Assembly: GCA_965199825.1 (NCBI GenBank)
Contig: CBDATP010000001.1
Location: 1 to 11,999, forward strand
DNA: 11,999 nt
Reading direction: 5' to 3'
Source: Bdellovibrionales bacterium
GTDB taxonomy: Bacteria > Bdellovibrionota > Bdellovibrionia > Bdellovibrionales > UBA1609
The first letter of the stretch is position 1. Every line of letters begins with the position of its first letter. The translations under genes and the position numbers were made by a program. Of this stretch, positions 7,927 to 11,999 are shown piece after piece. The notes under the pieces are model-generated. The model had not been told where the DNA came from. It searched no databases and was given only the letters and a program-made list of their open reading frames with translations.

Positions 7927-9973
7927 GAGGAAAAATGCCGTCCCTCAAACTCCCAAAGAAACGGCACCACCTGAACAGACTCGTCAAATGCCGAAACCGA
8001 TTGTCAGTAAGGCTCAAATGGATGAATATTTTCAACGTAAACGACTGATAAGAGAAGAGCGAGAAAATAAGCACTTATTAGAACTGCAGGAAATGTCTAA
8101 AAAGATCAATGAACGTACAGCTCAGATACTAAGTCTACCGATCCGAGACCCTGCAGCTTTTAACGCCCGGTCGGCCTTTCCAAAAGTAACTCCGCCGCCC
8201 GTAGCCGGTTTTCAAATCCTTGATCACACTCCGAAGAGCCCCGAAAAACAGATTCAGAATCAGGAATCGGTTGGAGAGTCGACCACACTCCCGGTTTCTG
8301 AACAGATAATGAATCGAAAAACGACGAAAATTAAGAGTGTAGAGCGAGAAGATTTCGATCAAAGAATAAAGCAAAGACATATCGAAAAATGGAATTACCA
8401 TGTTCAAGGAATCAAAGCGCGGTTTGAGAGAGCTCAAGAAGTGGTCGCAAACCATCTTTTGAACATTGTTAAAAGTCCTATTTCTGTTGGACTAGAAACG
8501 GCGCATAAGAAATCTGCGTCCGTTTCTGAACAAGAACTGTTGGTGAACTGCCATTATAGGGCATCAATCCTTATCAAGATCATTGGAGAGAAGAATGACC
8601 GATGCAATATCCTGAGTAAAGCTATAAACGGCTTCCAGTTATCGGATGATTTTGATCCGGACGATGTCGAATTTCAAGATAATATTCGAGAATATTCAAA
8701 CCTTACGGATGAAATTATAAAGATGAGTCAAGAATTTGAAGCCATTCGTATACAACTCGAGGAAATTACCAATTATGCGGAAAGAGATCTGAAGGAACTG
8801 AAAGAACAAGTGAAAAGTTCAGTACGCATTAAACTGAAAACGGCTGCCGAAGAAAGATCTCCGAAGAATACTAGAGAACCCAAGGGTGACCGAATTTCAA
8901 AAAGAAAAGTTCAAGAGGTGGTCAAGAATAAAGGATCAGGAGTTGACTCGAATGGTCGGAACAGAAGACGTCCGATTCTAACGGATAGAGAGACCGTCTC
9001 CGGATTAGTTGGCCAGACACCGATTGAAACTGAAAAGAAAACCGAATCCGGAACGTCCGAACGAATCCTTTTATTAGAAAAGGAATTGGCGCAAGTTGTC
9101 TCACGCCTGACCGATATGAGCGATAAGAGCAGAAGTAATAATTCTTCATCAGACTCGGATAGGGATAAGAGCCCCAAAAAGGGAAAACATAAAAGTGACA
9201 AACGGCAGGACAATTCAATGATAACTAAAGATCAGAGCCAAAATATCGAGAAGAGAGGACGACGACCCAAAGAGGAAGGGTCCCGTTTCTCTAGATCAGG
9301 AAAAGACACCGTTTCTAGTAAAGTTGACAAATCCCAAAAAACGTCACCCAAGAAAACATCCGGACAAAAACGAAGTTCAGGTAGTCTTAAGACGCCGACC
9401 GAAGAGAAAAGCATCGGCAGTAAGAACGCTAGAAATTCGTCTGAAGACGAAGATGATCCCTCTGATGACGACCCAAGCGACGATGATGGACAAAGTGACA
9501 CAGTTCAAAAGAAGTCGAAAAAGCCTACGCATGAAAAACGGCCCGATATTCATACCTTCGAGGGTGGAGATGCGGGCGAAGCCACATTTTGGTTAAGGGC
9601 GTTTATCAATGCCACAGACACAATGAATTGGTCGAAAATAGATAAAGCAAAGAACTTTTCGACATACTTAACCGGATCAGCCCGGAAGTGGTTCACTAAT
9701 GAATTCGGTCTGAATCGGAAGCAATCACTCGAAGAATTTCTCGACCCGAAGCCGATCAAATGGAAGAAAATCCTGACCGCTTTCTATCAACATTATCTTA
9801 GTGATGCCTCCTGTGCCCACTTCATTGACGACTTCAACAATTTTACACCGAAGTCCGATGAGAAATGGACGGATATGTGCCAACGCTATTGGAGCCAAGA
9901 GCTCGCTGATAAATGCGAGAGGTACCGGGATCGATACCCGGCGCCTCCACCATTTGAAGTGTACAGATTTTGA
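7850..9973 (+). CDS. gag: Gag polyprotein with long N-terminal extension; authentic sequence ends at about 9896 and the remainder is read from an inverted PBS/U5 copy
   Basis: Located after the LTR and PBS. Ty3/Gypsy capsid-like pattern TFEGGDAGEATFWLRAF...NW...YLTGSARKWF...WKKILTAFYQHY at about 9550-9795. No CCHC knuckle is reached. The true start may be the ATG at 7901. Confidence 0.85.
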   Translation: MLATKTSTIYFGEFDEEMKTKTRPPERKNAVPQTPKETAPPEQTRQMPKPIVSKAQMDEYFQRKRLIREERENKHLLELQEMSKKINERTAQILSLPIRDPAAFNARSAFPKVTPPPVAGFQILDHTPKSPEKQIQNQESVGESTTLPVSEQIMNRKTTKIKSVEREDFDQRIKQRHIEKWNYHVQGIKARFERAQEVVANHLLNIVKSPISVGLETAHKKSASVSEQELLVNCHYRASILIKIIGEKNDRCNILSKAINGFQLSDDFDPDDVEFQDNIREYSNLTDEIIKMSQEFEAIRIQLEEITNYAERDLKELKEQVKSSVRIKLKTAAEERSPKNTREPKGDRISKRKVQEVVKNKGSGVDSNGRNRRRPILTDRETVSGLVGQTPIETEKKTESGTSERILLLEKELAQVVSRLTDMSDKSRSNNSSSDSDRDKSPKKGKHKSDKRQDNSMITKDQSQNIEKRGRRPKEEGSRFSRSGKDTVSSKVDKSQKTSPKKTSGQKRSSGSLKTPTEEKSIGSKNARNSSEDEDDPSDDDPSDDDGQSDTVQKKSKKPTHEKRPDIHTFEGGDAGEATFWLRAFINATDTMNWSKIDKAKNFSTYLTGSARKWFTNEFGLNRKQSLEEFLDPKPIKWKKILTAFYQHYLSDASCAHFIDDFNNFTPKSDEKWTDMCQRYWSQELADKCERYRDRYPAPPPFEVYRF
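9897..9952 (+). pseudogene. tRNA-Ala-like 3' fragment with encoded CCA (inverted PBS, not a functional tRNA gene)
   Basis: T-arm CCGGG/CCCGG with loop ATCGATA, anticodon stem CTCGC/GCGAG, ending CCTCCACCA. It lacks the 5' acceptor strand and a full D-arm, and has an 8-nt loop. Confidence 0.7.
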
Positions 9974-10001
9974 TTGTTGGTGAGCGGCCAGGCGGTTTAG
10001 C
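9897..10001 (-). repeat. Inverted 105-bp copy of the LTR end plus extended PBS
   Basis: Exact reverse complement of 7562-7666. Confidence 0.95.
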
Positions 10002-11622
10002 TGAGCTACCGGAAGAATTCTAGAAAGAATAAAAATCTGAAATAATTATCATAGACACTCCTCGTGATTCTCTATCGAATGAGCTTTATGAAATTTCGAT
10101 TAAAAAATTCCTTCTATTTATTATGAATTATCAAAGTTTTGGTAAGGAATTAACTTTAATTTATATAAAATACTTAGAATTTTTCAATGACAACAATGAT
10201 GGTACTGTTGAGTACAACTTTGTCAATGGTTTCAACAATGAGTATCAAAAGATTTTCGCTGATCATTATTAAGCCACAATTAGACATTAAGTTACTCTCG
10301 CATGACCACTTGAAAAGTTTTTGAGCTACCGGAAGAATTCTAGAAAGAATAAAAATCTGAAATAATTATCATAGACACTCCTCGTGATTCTCTATCGAAT
10401 GAGCTTTATGAAATTTCGATTAAAAAATTCCTTCTATTTATTATGAATTATCAAAGTTTTGGTAAGGAATTAACTTTAATTTATATAAAATACTTAGAAT
10501 TTTTCAATGACAACAATGATGGTACTGTTGAGTACAACTTTGTCAATGGTTTCAACAATGAGTATCAAAAGATTTTCGCTGATCATTATTAAGCCACAAT
10601 TAGACATTAAGTTACTCTCGCATGACCACTTGAAAAGTTTTTGAGCTACCGGAAGAATTCTAGAAAGAATAAAAATCTGAAATAATTATCATAGACACTC
10701 CTCGTGATTCTCTATCGAATGAGCTTTATGAAATTTCGATTAAAAAATTCCTTCTATTTATTATGAATTATCAAAGTTTTGGTAAGGAATTAACTTTAAT
10801 TTATATAAAATACTTAGAATTTTTCAATGACAACAATGATGGTACTGTTGAGTACAACTTTGTCAATGGTTTCAACAATGAGTATCAAAAGATTTTCGCT
10901 GATCATTATTAAGCCACAATTAGACATTAAGTTACTCTCGCATGACCACTTGAAAATTTTTTGAGCTACCGGAAGAATTCTAGAAAGAATAAAAATCTGA
11001 AATAATTATCATAGACACTCCTCGTGATTCTCTATCGAATGAGCTTTATGAAATTTCGATTAAAAAATTCCTTCTATTTATTATGAATTATCAAAGTTTT
11101 GGTAAGGAATTAACTTTAATTTATATAAAATACTTAGAATTTTTCAATGACAACAATGATGGTACTGTTGAGTACAACTTTGTCAATGGTTTCAACAATG
11201 AGTATCAAAAGATTTTCGCTGATCATTATTAAGCCACAATTAGACATTAAGTTACTCTCGCATGACCACTTGAAAAGTTTTTGAGCTACCGGAAGAATTC
11301 TAGAAAGAATAAAAATCTGAAATAATTATCATAGACACTCCTCGTGATTCTCTATCGAATGAGCTTTATGAAATTTCGATTAAAAAATTCCTTCTATTTA
11401 TTATGAATTATCAAAGTTTTGGTAAGGAATTAACTTTAATTTATATAAAATACTTAGAATTTTTCAATGACAACAATGATGGTACTGTTGAGTACAACTT
11501 TGTCAATGGTTTCAACAATGAGTATCAAAAGATTTTTCCTGCTCATCGTTGACCCACACTTAGACTATTAGTTACTTTCGAAAAAGTTTTTGAGCTACCG
11601 GAAGAATTCTAGAAAGAATAAA
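10002..11622. repeat. AT-rich tandem repeat (satellite-like), 320-bp monomer, about 5.1 copies
   Basis: Units start TGAGCTACCGGAAGAATTC at 10002, 10322, 10642, 10962, 11282 and 11591. The first four are near-identical (one G>T seen at 10957). The fifth diverges after about 11536 and is 309 bp. The sixth is partial. Confidence 0.97.
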
Positions 11623-11999
11623 TAATATCAATATAATTTAGGATTAACTTTGGGAAGGAAATGAAATTTTTCCAGGTAAGGAATTTAAGGTATTGTGTAA
11701 AACTGCAATTTTAATAATTTTTATTGTTACATTTTTCCCTTTAATTGGAGGGAGATGGATTTTTCAATCACTTTGTTCTCTGCCTGAAGTATAAAGTAAA
11801 TATTCCAAATAAAAAATGTTAATACTGTGATAGATTCATGGGCAAGAAGTACAGTTATGACTTTATTAGAAACAACTTGTCAATAGAGGGCTCTGACTAC
11901 GCGCAAAGTTCGATAACCGGATAACTTTGCCTCGCTTATTTCTCAGTGTTTTGTGTTTGTATATGCTGGGGATAACTAAGGGAGTTCGGCAAATACCGA

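Larger units (their letters stand above)
1..9896 (+). mobile_element. Ty3/Gypsy (Metaviridae) LTR retrotransposon, two partial units in tandem sharing a central LTR
   Basis: Pol domain order PR-RT-RH-IN. The PPT-LTR-PBS block spans 6917-7666. Bases 1-107 are identical to 7519-7625. Gag capsid-like motifs lie at about 9540-9800. Confidence 0.95.

Noticed and set aside
9897..9952. Functional tRNA gene
   Set aside because: It lacks the 5' acceptor strand and complete D-arm, has an 8-nt anticodon loop and an encoded CCA, and is an exact inversion of the element's PBS.
9897..9973. C-terminus ELADKCERYRDRYPAPPPFEVYRF of the 707-aa ORF, and the matching minus-strand ORF at 7590-7775
   Set aside because: Both are incidental translations of the antisense PBS/U5 sequence, not real Gag.
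225..9983. Short antisense and alternative-frame ORFs overlapping pol, the extra ORF, the LTR and gag
   Set aside because: These are shadow ORFs with no recognisable motifs.
10002..11622. CRISPR array
   Set aside because: Whole 320-bp units are repeated with no unique spacers, there are no cas genes, and the context is eukaryotic.
11955..11999. LSU rRNA fragment or Pol I promoter (AAGGGAGTTCGGCAAA, TATATGCTGGGG), which would make the repeats rDNA spacer subrepeats
   Set aside because: The match is short and imperfect, the flanks do not resemble rRNA, and the window ends here.
11592..11999. TGA-free frame under a ciliate-type code containing KCQYCDRF, and a 38-nt intron-like segment at 11796-11833
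   Set aside because: With only one stop codon, frames of this length arise easily by chance, and no recognisable domain is present.

Overview
Eukaryotic, probably invertebrate, DNA. Bases 1-10001 are a rearranged tandem of a Ty3/Gypsy LTR retrotransposon. In order: the end of one LTR (1-90); a primer-binding site (PBS) cut after 15 nt and joined directly to pol, so gag and the protease active site are missing; pol (protease C-half, RT, RNase H, integrase; 130-3993); a probable internal promoter; a 670-aa extra ORF that does not look like env (4575-6587); a polypurine tract; a complete 678-bp LTR (6931-7608, TGAAG...CTTCA); an unusually long tRNA-Ala-complementary PBS (7611-7666); a 64-aa ORF; and gag with a very long N-terminal extension (7850-9896). 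Gag is cut by an inverted 105-bp copy of the PBS/U5 region (9897-10001). Bases 10002-11622 are an AT-rich 320-bp tandem repeat, followed by unassigned AT-rich sequence. The most unusual signals are the extended anti-tRNA PBS, the cysteine-free accessory ORF with its own promoter and gag-like motifs, the gag-less and pol-less units sharing one LTR, and strong enrichment of CCGTTT(C) across the element. All calls are by eye; no searches were run.
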